In this document: one piece after another, positions 1-12,382 of the stretch | Position numbering within the stretch: the stretch's first letter is position 1 | Layout: every line of letters begins with the position of its first letter | Made by a program: the position numbers and the translations under genes | Source of the DNA: Eledone cirrhosa | Lineage: Eukaryota | Direction: 5' to 3' | Length of the DNA stretch: 64,000 bases | Assembly: GCA_964016885.1 (NCBI GenBank) | Contig: OZ024740.1 | Coordinates: 61,504,001-61,568,000 of the forward strand | Notes under the pieces: generated by a model | What the model was told of the DNA's origin: nothing | Seen by the model: only the letters and a program-made list of their open reading frames with translations | The model's database searches: none

Positions 1-212
1 ATACATACACACACATATATATATACATACACACACACATATATATATATACATACACACACACATATATATATATACATACACACACATATATATATAT
101 ACACATATATATATACATTGACACACACACACATATATATATACATACACATATATATATACATTGACACACACACACATATATATATACATACACATAT
201 ATATATACATTG

Positions 213-255
<43 letters not shown>

Positions 256-652
256 TACATATATACATACATACACACATATATACATACACACATACAT
301 ATATATATATATACATACACATATATACATACACACATATATATACATACACATATATATATACACATATATACATACACATATATATATACATACACAC
401 ATATATATACATACACACATATATATACATACACAAATATATATACATACACACATATATATATACATACACACATATATATATACATACACACATATAT
501 ATATACATACACACATATATATATACATACACACATATATATACATACACACATATATATACATACACACACATATACATACACACATATATACATACAC
601 ACATATATACATACACACACATATATATATACACACACATATATATATATAT
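1..652. repeat. compound (TA)n/(CA)n microsatellite
   Basis: Only TA/CA dinucleotides; source of spurious I/Y/H/T ORFs. Confidence 0.97.
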
Positions 653-997
653 AAATACACCCCCGTCCCACCATCCCCACCCCATCCACACCGCCCCTTT
701 CAATGTAAAGTTATGTTGGTGCCACAACATCCAGGCCGAAACAAATGAGATCGTGTAGGTGTCACGTCAAAAAAACACACAGTTCACGCTGTAATGTGGC
801 CGTGTAGGCAACACAGTAAAAACCTCCCAGCCCCACACTGTAAATGTGGTTGGTGTTAGGAAGGGCATCCAGCTGTAGAAAACCCGCCAGATAGTCCTAT
901 GCGAGCAAGATAACCACTCTTGCCTCAAGTGGGAAAACCCCCGTCCAAACCCATGCAAGCGTGGAACACGGACGTTAAACGATGTAGATGATGATGA

Positions 998-999
<2 letters not shown>
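653..999 (+). mobile_element. RTE-B LINE 3' UTR fragment with (GAT)n tail
   Basis: Matches the 3' UTR downstream of RTE-B ORFs (rc of 23403-23740; 35065-35510); ends GGACGTTAAACGATGTAGATGATGATG. Confidence 0.88.
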
Positions 1000-1034
<35 letters not shown>

Positions 1035-1200
1035 TATATACACACATATATATATATATACATACATATATATATACATACATATATATATACATACACA
1101 TATATATATATATATATATATACACATACACACATATATATATACATACACATATATATATATATATATATATACACATACACACATATATATATACATA

Positions 1201-1231
<31 letters not shown>

Positions 1232-1395
1232 ACACACATATATATATATACATACACACATATATATATACATACACACATATATATATACATACACACA
1301 TATATATATACATACACACATACATATATATATATATACATACACATGGTGTATGTATATATATATATACACATATACATATATACATACACATA
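1000..1395. repeat. TA/CA microsatellite
   Basis: Direct inspection. Confidence 0.95.
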
Positions 1396-2125
1396 TGAGA
1401 GAAGCTAGACGTCAGGTATACTTAGCATGCAGGGAGGCAGAGAGTAGGAGGTTTGCCAATGTTCTGCGATGGGAAGATCAGAGGCGTGCGGTGTTCCACA
1501 TTGCAAGGCAGTGTGTCAATGCAAATCAGGATGTTGTTGGAGATAAATGTGTCCGGGATGATGCCGGTGTACTTAGTGTCACGAATGATCAGAAAAAGGA
1601 GGCCTGGAAATGTCATTATGAAAGACTGATGAATGTGGAGAACAAATGGGAGAGAGAGAAATTACCCTTGGTAGATCCGACAGAGGGACCAGCTATTGAG
1701 ATTGACGAATATAGGGTCCAAGAGGCGATTAGGGAAATGAAAAATGGTAAGGCTGCCGGACCATCGGGAATAGTTGCTGAGATGCTGAAGGCATCAGGGG
1801 ACGTAGGCACTAAACTGGTTGCACGCATCATCAATCAGGCTATATATGGTGGTGTCATACCGAAAGACTGGTGCAGCAGTATTCTCATAAATTGCTACAA
1901 AGGTAAAGGGGATGCTCTGGAGAGGAGCAATTATAGGGGTATAAAACTGATAGATCAGGGTATGAAAGTGGCAGAAAGGATTTTAGCACAACTAATTAGA
2001 GAAAGGGTCAAACTAGATGAGATGCAGTTTGGTTTTGTGCCTGGGAAGAGTACAACAGATGCCCTCTTCTTGGTGAGACAATTGCAAGAGAGGTTCTTAG
2101 AGAAGAATAAGCCACTATACTTAGC
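1396..2125 (+). mobile_element. RTE-C LINE, left part (5'-truncated), interrupted in the RT domain
   Basis: REARRQVY...[18 protein letters not shown]...[13 protein letters not shown]...KPLYLA; the frame resumes at 12383. Confidence 0.92.
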
Positions 2126-5100
2126 GTTAAATTTTCCCAGCCAGCCATCCACCTAATCTACGAAGGTATTTTAGCCTACATATTGTCGTTAATATTATGA
2201 TGTTCCCTGCTGTATTAGCGTTAAATTTTCCCTGCTGTATTAGCGATAAATTTTCGAGGGTTTCTCTTAGTAGCTTTTTCATGTCGTTAATATTATGATG
2301 TTCCCTGCTGTATTAGCGTTAAATTTTCCCTGCTGTATTAGCGATAAATTTTCGAGGGTTTCTCTTAGTAGCTTTTTTCATGACGTTATTATTGTTAATT
2401 TTACTGATGTAGTATTAACTTATTAACTTGGATATTTACCATGCGGTATTCTAATCCTATTGTATCTCTCTCAGTTATTTACCATGCGACCCTCAGTTCC
2501 TACCCCCCCCCCCCCCCTCTATGCACTTCTTTAAGGCTTACTACCCTGTCTTTAACCTAATTCATTCAATCTGAAAATATTGAAGAGATAAGACACTTTG
2601 CCATTCTTCTCTGCTAAAATGTACCACTAGAGCTGATTCAAATTTTCCCAGCCAGCCATCCACCTAATCTACGAAGGTATTTTAGCCTACATATTGTCGT
2701 TAATATTATGATGTTCCCTGCTGTATTAGCGTTAAATTTTCCCTGCTGTATTAGCGATAAATTTTCGAGGGTTTCTCTTAGTAGCTTTTTCATGTCGTTA
2801 ATATTATGATGTTCCCTGCTGTATTAGCGTTAAATTTTCCCTGCTGTATTAGCGATAAATTTTCGAGGGTTTCTCTTAGTAGCTTTTTTCATGACGTTAT
2901 TATTGTTAATTTTACTGATGTAGTATTAACTTATTAACTTGGATATTTACCATGCGGTATTCTAATCCTATTGTATCTCTCTCAGTTATTTACCATGCGA
3001 CCCTCAGTTCCTCCCCCCCCCCCTCTATGCACTTCTTTAAGGCTTACTACCCTGTCTTTAACCTAATTCATTCAATCTGAAAATATTGAAGAGATAAGAC
3101 ACTTTGCCATTCTTCTCTGCTAAAATGTACCACTAGAGCTGATTCAAATTTTCCCAGCCAGCCATCCACCTAATCTACGAAGGTATTTTAGCCTACATAT
3201 TGTCGTTAATATTATGATGTTCCCTGCTGTATTAGCGTTAAATTTTCCCTGCTGTATTAGCGATAAATTTTCGAGGGTTTCTCTTAGTAGCTTTTTCATG
3301 TCGTTAATATTATGATGTTCCCTGCTGTATTAGCGTTAAATTTTCCCTGCTGTATTAGCGATAAATTTTCGAGGGTTTCTCTTAGTAGCTTTTTTCATGA
3401 CGTTATTATTGTTAATTTTACTGATGTAGTATTAACTTATTAACTTGGATATTTACCATGCGGTATTCTAATCCTATTGTATCTCTCTCAGTTATTTACC
3501 ATGCGACCCTCAGTTCCTACCCCCCCCCCCCTCTATGCACTTCTTTAAGGCTTACTACCCTGTCTTTAACCTAATTCATTCAATCTGAAAATATTGAAGA
3601 GATAAGACACTTTGCCATTCTTCTCTGCTAAAATGTACCACTAGAGCTGATTCAAATTTTCCCAGCCAGCCATCCACCTAATCTACGAAGGTATTTTAGC
3701 CTACATATTGTCGTTAATATTATGATGTTCCCTGCTGTATTAGCGTTAAATTTTCCCTGCTGTATTAGCGATAAATTTTCGAGGGTTTCTCTTAGTAGCT
3801 TTTTCATGTCGTTAATATTATGATGTTCCCTGCTGTATTAGCGTTAAATTTTCCCTGCTGTATTAGCGATAAATTTTCGAGGGTTTCTCTTAGTAGCTTT
3901 TTTCATGACGTTATTATTGTTAATTTTACTGATGTAGTATTAACTTATTAACTTGGATATTTACCATGCGGTATTCTAATCCTATTGTATCTCTCTCAGT
4001 TATTTACCATGCGACCCTCAGTTCCTACCCCCCCCCCTCTATGCACTTCTTTAAGGCTTACTACCCTGTCTTTAACCTAATTCATTCAATCTGAAAATAT
4101 TGAAGAGATAAGACACTTTGCCATTCTTCTCTGCTAAAATGTACCACTAGAGCTGATTCAAATTTTCCCAGCCAGCCATCCACCTAATCTACGAAGGTAT
4201 TTTAGCCTACATATTGTCGTTAATATTATGATGTTCCCTGCTGTATTAGCGTTAAATTTTCCCTGCTGTATTAGCGATAAATTTTCGAGGGTTTCTCTTA
4301 GTAGCTTTTTCATGTCGTTAATATTATGATGTTCCCTGCTGTATTAGCGTTAAATTTTCCCTGCTGTATTAGCGATAAATTTTCGAGGGTTTCTCTTAGT
4401 AGCTTTTTTCATGACGTTATTATTGTTAATTTTACTGATGTAGTATTAACTTGGATATTTACCATGCGACCCTCAGTTCCTACATGTCGTTAATATTATG
4501 ATGTTCCCTGCTGTATTAGCGTTAAATTTTCCCTGCTGTATTAGCGATAAATTTTCGAGGGTTTCTCTTAGTAGCTTTTTTCATGACGTTATTATTGTTA
4601 ATTTTACTGATGTAGTATTAACTTATTAACTTGGATATTTACCATGCGGTATTCTAATCCTATTGTATCTCTCTCAGTTATTTACCATGCGACCCTCAGT
4701 TCCTACCCCCCCCCTCTATGCACTTCTTTAAGGCTTACTACCCTGTCTTTAACCTAATTCATTCAATCTGAAAATATTGAAGAGATAAGACACTTTGCCA
4801 TTCTTCTCTGCTAAAATGTACCACTAGAGCTGATTCAAATTTTCCCAGCCAGCCATCCACCTAATCTACGAAGGTATTTTAGCCTACATATTGTCGTTAA
4901 TATTATGATGTTCCCTGCTGTATTAGCGTTAAATTTTCCCTGCTGTATTAGCGATAAATTTTCGAGGGTTTCTCTTAGTAGCTTTTTCATGTCGTTAATA
5001 TTATGATGTTCCCTGCTGTATTAGCGTTAAATTTTCCCTGCTGTATTAGCGATAAATTTTCGAGGGTTTCTCTTAGTAGCTTTTTTCATGACGTTATTAT

Positions 5101-8100
5101 TGTTAATTTTACTGATGTAGTATTAACTTATTAACTTGGATATTTACCATGCGGTATTCTAATCCTATTGTATCTCTCTCAGTTATTTACCATGCGACCC
5201 TCAGTTCCTACCCCCCCCCCCCTCTATGCACTTCTTTAAGGCTTACTACCCTGTCTTTAACCTAATTCATTCAATCTGAAAATATTGAAGAGATAAGACA
5301 CTTTGCCATTCTTCTCTGCTAAAATGTACCACTAGAGCTGATTCAAATTTTCCCAGCCAGCCATCCACCTAATCTACGAAGGTATTTTAGCCTACATATT
5401 GTCGTTAATATTATGATGTTCCCTGCTGTATTAGCGTTAAATTTTCCCTGCTGTATTAGCGATAAATTTTCGAGGGTTTCTCTTAGTAGCTTTTTCATGT
5501 CGTTAATATTATGATGTTCCCTGCTGTATTAGCGTTAAATTTTCCCTGCTGTATTAGCGATAAATTTTCGAGGGTTTCTCTTAGTAGCTTTTTTCATGAC
5601 GTTATTATTGTTAATTTTACTGATGTAGTATTAACTTATTAACTTGGATATTTACCATGCGGTATTCTAATCCTATTGTATCTCTCTCAGTTATTTACCA
5701 TGCGACCCTCAGTTCCTACCCCCCCCCCCCCTCTATGCACTTCTTTAAGGCTTACTACCCTGTCTTTAACCTAATTCATTCAATCTGAAAATATTGAAGA
5801 GATAAGACACTTTGCCATTCTTCTCTGCTAAAATGTACCACTAGAGCTGATTCAAATTTTCCCAGCCAGCCATCCACCTAATCTACGAAGGTATTTTAGC
5901 CTACATATTGTCGTTAATATTATGATGTTCCCTGCTGTATTAGCGTTAAATTTTCCCTGCTGTATTAGCGATAAATTTTCGAGGGTTTCTCTTAGTAGCT
6001 TTTTCATGTCGTTAATATTATGATGTTCCCTGCTGTATTAGCGTTAAATTTTCCCTGCTGTATTAGCGATAAATTTTCGAGGGTTTCTCTTACTAGCTTT
6101 TTTCATGACGTTATTATTGTTAATTTTACTGATGTAGTATTAACTTGGATATTTACCATGCGACCCTCAGTTCCTACATGTCGTTAATATTATGATGTTC
6201 CCTGCTGTATTAGCGTTAAATTTTCCCTGCTGTATTAGCGATAAATTTTCGAGGGTTTCTCTTAGTAGCTTTTTTCATGACGTTATTATTGTTAATTTTA
6301 CTGATGTAGTATTAACTTATTAACTTGGATATTTACCATGCGGTATTCTAATCCTATTGTATCTCTCTCAGTTATTTACCATGCGACCCTCAGTTCCTAC
6401 CCCCCCCCCCCTCTATGCACTTCTTTAAGGCTTACTACCCTGTCTTTAACCTAATTCATTCAATCTGAAAATATTGAAGAGATAAGACACTTTGCCATTC
6501 TTCTCTGCTAAAATGTACCACTAGAGCTGATTCAAATTTTCCCAGCCAGCCATCCACCTAATCTACGAAGGTATTTTAGCCTACATATTGTCGTTAATAT
6601 TATGATGTTCCCTGCTGTATTAGCGTTAAATTTTCCCTGCTGTATTAGCGATAAATTTTCGAGGGTTTCTCTTAGTAGCTTTTTCATGTCGTTAATATTA
6701 TGATGTTCCCTGCTGTATTAGCGTTAAATTTTCCCTGCTGTATTAGCGATAAATTTTCGAGGGTTTCTCTTAGTAGCTTTTTTCATGACGTTATTATTGT
6801 TAATTTTACTGATGTAGTATTAACTTGGATATTTACCATGCGACCCTCAGTTCCTACATGTCGTTAATATTATGATGTTCCCTGCTGTATTAGCGTTAAA
6901 TTTTCCCTGCTGTATTAGCGATAAATTTTCGAGGGTTTCTCTTAGTAGCTTTTTTCATGACGTTATTATTGTTAATTTTACTGATGTAGTATTAACTTAT
7001 TAACTTGGATATTTACCATGCGGTATTCTAATCCTATTGTATCTCTCTCAGTTATTTACCATGCGACCCTCAGTTCCTACCCCCCCCCCTCTATGCACTT
7101 CTTTAAGGCTTACTACCCTGTCTTTAACCTAATTCATTCAATCTGAAAATATTGAAGAGATAAGACACTTTGCCATTCTTCTCTGCTAAAATGTACCACT
7201 AGAGCTGATTCAAATTTTCCCAGCCAGCCATCCACCTAATCTACGAAGGTATTTTAGCCTACATATTGTCGTTAATATTATGATGTTCCCTGCTGTATTA
7301 GCGTTAAATTTTCCCTGCTGTATTAGCGATAAATTTTCGAGGGTTTCTCTTAGTAGCTTTTTCATGTCGTTAATATTATGATGTTCCCTGCTGTATTAGC
7401 GTTAAATTTTCCCTGCTGTATTAGCGATAAATTTTCGAGGGTTTCTCTTAGTAGCTTTTTTCATGACGTTATTATTGTTAATTTTACTGATGTAGTATTA
7501 ACTTATTAACTTGGATATTTACCATGCGGTATTCTAATCCTATTGTATCTCTCTCAGTTATTTACCATGCGACCCTCAGTTCCTACCCCCCCCCCCTCTA
7601 TGCACTTCTTTAAGGCTTACTACCCTGTCTTTAACCTAATTCATTCAATCTGAAAATATTGAAGAGATAAGACACTTTGCCATTCTTCTCTGCTAAAATG
7701 TACCACTAGAGCTGATTCAAATTTTCCCAGCCAGCCATCCACCTAATCTACGAAGGTATTTTAGCCTACATATTGTCGTTAATATTATGATGTTCCCTGC
7801 TGTATTAGCGTTAAATTTTCCCTGCTGTATTAGCGATAAATTTTCGAGGGTTTCTCTTAGTAGCTTTTTCATGTCGTTAATATTATGATGTTCCCTGCTG
7901 TATTAGCGTTAAATTTTCCCTGCTGTATTAGCGATAAATTTTCGAGGGTTTCTCTTAGTAGCTTTTTTCATGACGTTATTATTGTTAATTTTACTGATGT
8001 AGTATTAACTTGGATATTTACCATGCGACCCTCAGTTCCTACATGTCGTTAATATTATGATGTTCCCTGCTGTATTAGCGTTAAATTTTCCCTGCTGTAT

Positions 8101-8719
8101 TAGCGATAAATTTTCGAGGGTTTCTCTTAGTAGCTTTTTTCATGACGTTATTATTGTTAATTTTACTGATGTAGTATTAACTTATTAACTTGGATATTTA
8201 CCATGCGGTATTCTAATCCTATTGTATCTCTCTCAGTTATTTACCATGCGACCCTCAGTTCCTACCCCCCCCCTCTATGCACTTCTTTAAGGCTTACTAC
8301 CCTGTCTTTAACCTAATTCATTCAATCTGAAAATATTGAAGAGATAAGACACTTTGCCATTCTTCTCTGCTAAAATGTACCACTAGAGCTGATTCAAATT
8401 TTCCCAGCCAGCCATCCACCTAATCTACGAAGGTATTTTAGCCTACATATTGTCGTTAATATTATGATGTTCCCTGCTGTATTAGCGTTAAATTTTCCCT
8501 GCTGTATTAGCGATAAATTTTCGAGGGTTTCTCTTAGTAGCTTTTTCATGTCGTTAATATTATGATGTTCCCTGCTGTATTAGCGTTAAATTTTCCCTGC
8601 TGTATTAGCGATAAATTTTCGAGGGTTTCTCTTAGTAGCTTTTTTCATGACGTTATTATTGTTAATTTTACTGATGTAGTATTAACTTGGATATTTACCA
8701 TGCGACCCTCAGTTCCTAC
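2126..8719 (+). repeat. Tandem array: 11 full monomers (7 of ~506-511 bp, 4 of ~677-680 bp) + 1 partial
   Basis: ATTTTCCCAGCCAGCCATCC recurs at 2131, 2642, 3148, 3656, 4162, 4839, 5347, 5856, 6536, 7214, 7721, 8398. Confidence 0.97.
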
Positions 8720-8964
8720 CTCACAATTTCCCTCCCCCCCCACCCCCACACACCACCATAGTCTATTCGACCAATCAAACCTAGCATGCCATTTCCACTG
8801 CTGCTGCTGCTACTACCTGCCTAACTAACTCTCTCCTCCTCTGGCGCATCCCAACACACCCTGCCATTACCCCACCACCACTGTCCTTCTAGCCCTCAAT
8901 TTTCCCACCGTTAGGGATGGATGAGCTGGGAATACACGAGCAACTCTGAATCAATAGATGAAAT

Positions 8965-11900
8965 ATGAATCTGCGAGCTACCAAGCACCCACGTGAAGCG
9001 CCAACCCAGAGACCCTCCCCTACGAGTGTCGACAAATGCCCAAAACTCCGAGTTGGTACCATCAATGTAGGCTCAATGAAAGGAAGAGCAGGAGAAATCG
9101 TAGAAATGCTAGAGCGAAAGGAAGTTGATGTATGCTGTGTGCAAGAGACTAGATGGAGAGGAGGGTCTGCTAGAGTCCTTGTAGGAAAAAGCCAGTGCTA
9201 CAAATTTTTCTGGGTGGGAAATGACGATGGGATGGGTGGTGTAGGTATACTATTAGCTGACAAGTGGGTAGATAAAGTAATCTCAGTGTACAGGGTAAAT
9301 GCAAGAATCATTAAACTCAGACTAGTCCTGAATAAGACAATTACCACAATAATATCAGCTTACGCACCCCAATCGGGGCTGCCAGACGAACTTAAGGATA
9401 GGTTTTACGAGTCCCTAATACACACTACTGCTCTAACAGACGACAAGGACTTCCTAATCATTGCAGGAGATTTTAACGGACACGTAGGTAAACACTGCGA
9501 CGGCTTCAATAGAGTACATGGAGGCCATGGAGTTGGCACAAGGAATGAGGAAGGATTCAGACTTCTAGAATTCTGCGACGCCAATGACATGTCGATATGT
9601 AACACAAACTTTAAAAAACCCGACAACCACCTGATCACCTATAGATCAGGGGAGCACTCTAGTCAGTTAGATTTTATCCTCATCAGAGGACGTGACAGAT
9701 GGACGGTCGTAAACACAAAAGCCTTCCCTAGTGAGGAATGTACATCCCAACATAGCTTAGTTGTCAGCGACCTCACGGTCAGAACTAGACGAGCCCTGAA
9801 ACAGAGGCCAACCTGGAGAAGAAAGATCTGGAAGCTGAAAGTCCCCTCAACCAGTAACAGATTTAAAGATATTTTACTCAACGCCTACGACAGTAAAGAA
9901 GAACAGATAGAGACATTTAACGTAGAAGAGAACTGGGAGTTCCTAAAAAATAACTTACTAGAGGCGACGGATGAGGTTTGTGGCTGGAGTAAGACCTCAA
10001 GCAGGAGGAGAGTGACTTGGTGGTGGAACAATAAGGTAGATGAAGCAGTCAAGGCCAAGAGACAGGCATGGAAAGAATGGAAGAACGGGGGGAGCAGGGT
10101 ACATTACATAGAGACCAAGAGGGAAGCTAGGCGACAAGTATACTTAGCTAGGAGGGAAGCAGAGGATAGAAAATTCAAGCATGTTTTACAACGTGAGGAC
10201 CAGAAACAGGAGGTATTCAAGATTGCGAGGCAGTGTGTCAGAGATAGTTGTGATGTCATTGGAGAGAAGTGTATCCGGAATGATAAAGGTGAGCTTGCCC
10301 TCACAAGTGCTGAGAAGAAAGATGCATGGAAGAGTCATTATGATAGATTACTAAATGAGGAGAATGCATGGGAAGAAGAGACCCTACCCCACGTAGACCC
10401 TATAGAGGGACCAGCAGTACAAGTCAGCGGCAGCGTAGTAAGTAAGGCAATCAGAGATATGAAGATAGGGAAGGCAACCGGTCCATCGGGTATAGCTGCC
10501 GAGATGCTGAAGGCATCTGGGTCTGTAGGTCACACTATAACCACACGTATCGTTAACCAGGTAATACTAGAGGGGGCCATACCAAAAGATTGGTGCAGTA
10601 GCATCATTGTCAACTGCTACAAAGGTAAAGGCGATGCACTAGATAGAGGAAACTATAGAGGTATAAAGTTGATGGACCAGGTCATGAAAGTAACAGAAAG
10701 AGTTATAGCACAGCTGATTAGGGACCGGGTGAATATAGACGAGATGCAATTTGGGTTTGTTCCAGGGAAAGGCACCACTGATGCGCTCTTCCTTGTGAGG
10801 CAATTACAGGAAAAGTACCTAGCTAAAAGTAAGCCACTCTACTTGGCATTTGTCGACCTTGAGAAAGCCTTTGACAGAGTTCCACGTGCAGTAATCTGGT
10901 GGGCTCTTAGAAAACTAGGAGTAGATGAATGGCTTGTGAAAGCGGTACAAGCCATGTATAGGGGAGCAGTCAGCAAAGTTAGGATTGGCAATGAGTATAG
11001 CGAGGAATTTAGCGTACAGGTTGGGGTCCACCAGGGCTCTGTTCTTAGCCCTCTCCTGTTCATCATAGTCCTGCAGGCAATAACGGAGGAGTTTAAGACC
11101 GGATGCCCATGGGAACTCCTGTATGCTGATGACCTCGCACTCATAGCTGAATCTATGGTAGAACTAGAGAATAAATTCCAAACCTGGAAGCAGGGACTAG
11201 AGAGAAAGGGCCTCAAAGTCAACATGACAAAGACTAAGGTCCTTATAAGTAGACGAGAAAACAGAACCCAGATCCCCTCAGGGAAATGGCCTTGCTCAGT
11301 ATGTAGGAAAGGTGTAGGTAGGAACTCCATTCTTTGCCCCAAATGCAAACAATGGGTACACAAGAGATGTAGCGGGATCTCAGGAAGCTTAATTAAGAAT
11401 GTAGGATTCACATGCAGCAGCTGTGCTGAAACAGCAAGCAAACAGCCACAGGAAACAAGTACCACCAATCTCTGGGAGGGCCCTGTAGAAACAGTAGACA
11501 GCTTCTGCTACCTAGGTGACCGAATTAGCAACGGAGGTGGGTGCTCAGAAAGTACAATAACTAGGGTAAGAACGGGATGGAAGAAGTTTAGGGAACTACT
11601 ACCACTGCTAGCTGCAAAAGGCTTCTCCCTCAGAATGAAAGGCAGACTGTATGATGCGTGTATCCGAACAGCGATGTTGCATGGTAGTGAGACCTGGGCG
11701 CTGAAGGTGGAAGACTTACGTAGATTAGAGAGAAACGAAGCCTGCATGCTCCGATGGATGTGTAACAGTAATATACGTGAACGACAAAGCATAAATGAAT
11801 TGAGAGAGAGACTGAGCATAAGAGGCATCAAATGCTGCGTGCAGGAGAGGCGGTTACGCTGGTATGGACATGTGATGCGTATGAAGGATGACAGCTGCAT

Positions 11901-12084
11901 AAAAAGGTGCAGAGCACTAGAAGTTGATGGAAACCGCGGAGTGGGGAGACCCAAGATGACTTGGGATGAGGTGATAAAAGCCGACCTTACCCAACTACAC
12001 CTCTCAAAGTCAATGACACACGACCGTGACTTCTGGCGTCACGCAGTAATACAGGGTACCCGACCTCCCATGGGTACATGCTGA
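8965..12084 (+). CDS. RTE-clade polyprotein (APE endonuclease + reverse transcriptase with embedded PHD-like finger), intact 1039 aa
   Basis: APE motifs TINVGSM, CVQETRW, SAYAPQ, GDFNGHVG, SQLDFIL, SQH; RT motifs [33 protein letters not shown]; RTE C-terminus [12 protein letters not shown]...[10 protein letters not shown]. Confidence 0.96.
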   Translation: MNLRATKHPREAPTQRPSPTSVDKCPKLRVGTINVGSMKGRAGEIVEMLERKEVDVCCVQETRWRGGSARVLVGKSQCYKFFWVGNDDGMGGVGILLADKWVDKVISVYRVNARIIKLRLVLNKTITTIISAYAPQSGLPDELKDRFYESLIHTTALTDDKDFLIIAGDFNGHVGKHCDGFNRVHGGHGVGTRNEEGFRLLEFCDANDMSICNTNFKKPDNHLITYRSGEHSSQLDFILIRGRDRWTVVNTKAFPSEECTSQHSLVVSDLTVRTRRALKQRPTWRRKIWKLKVPSTSNRFKDILLNAYDSKEEQIETFNVEENWEFLKNNLLEATDEVCGWSKTSSRRRVTWWWNNKVDEAVKAKRQAWKEWKNGGSRVHYIETKREARRQVYLARREAEDRKFKHVLQREDQKQEVFKIARQCVRDSCDVIGEKCIRNDKGELALTSAEKKDAWKSHYDRLLNEENAWEEETLPHVDPIEGPAVQVSGSVVSKAIRDMKIGKATGPSGIAAEMLKASGSVGHTITTRIVNQVILEGAIPKDWCSSIIVNCYKGKGDALDRGNYRGIKLMDQVMKVTERVIAQLIRDRVNIDEMQFGFVPGKGTTDALFLVRQLQEKYLAKSKPLYLAFVDLEKAFDRVPRAVIWWALRKLGVDEWLVKAVQAMYRGAVSKVRIGNEYSEEFSVQVGVHQGSVLSPLLFIIVLQAITEEFKTGCPWELLYADDLALIAESMVELENKFQTWKQGLERKGLKVNMTKTKVLISRRENRTQIPSGKWPCSVCRKGVGRNSILCPKCKQWVHKRCSGISGSLIKNVGFTCSSCAETASKQPQETSTTNLWEGPVETVDSFCYLGDRISNGGGCSESTITRVRTGWKKFRELLPLLAAKGFSLRMKGRLYDACIRTAMLHGSETWALKVEDLRRLERNEACMLRWMCNSNIRERQSINELRERLSIRGIKCCVQERRLRWYGHVMRMKDDSCIKRCRALEVDGNRGVGRPKMTWDEVIKADLTQLHLSKSMTHDRDFWRHAVIQGTRPPMGTC

Positions 12085-12382
12085 AGCATATAAACAATAT
12101 GCCCCCCCCCCCCACCGCAAGGTGGTCGTGGAGGTGCCACGGCAAAAAAGCACCCAGCCCACACTGTAAAGTGGACGTGTAGGCGCCACGAAAAAGCACC
12201 CAGCACTCACTGTAAATGAGGTTGGTGTTAGGAAGGGCATCCAGCTGTAGAAATCAAGCCAGATCAGTTCCTGTATGAGCAAGGCATGGTCAGCCGACCA
12301 GACACTGCCCACAACAGGACAACCCGTCTAACCCATGCTAGCGTGGAAGAACGGACGTAAAACGGTGATGATGATGATGATG

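Larger units (their letters stand above)
2126..12382 (+). mobile_element. Complete RTE-A insertion: tandem-array 5' region + unique 5' UTR + ORF + 3' UTR + (GAT)n tail
   Basis: Flanked by ACTTAGC at 2119-2125 and 12383-12389; removing it restores [20 protein letters not shown]. Confidence 0.88.

Noticed and set aside
164-1398. Long I/Y/H/T- or M/Y/V/C-rich ORFs here and at 28-29, 36-38, 48-53, 57-58 and 61 kb
   Set aside because: TA/CA microsatellites lack stop codons; these are not genes
2400-2660. Hammerhead in the array monomer (CTGATG, CTGAAA, CTGATT)
   Set aside because: No CTGANGA..GAAA core with stems found by eye
2126-8719. CRISPR-like reading of the recurrent TTCCCTGCTGTATTAGCG
   Set aside because: Intervening sequences are repeated rather than unique spacers; eukaryotic context; no cas genes
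10839-11954. Antisense ORFs in RTE copies
   Set aside because: Shadow frames of the coding strand; they recur only because the copies are related
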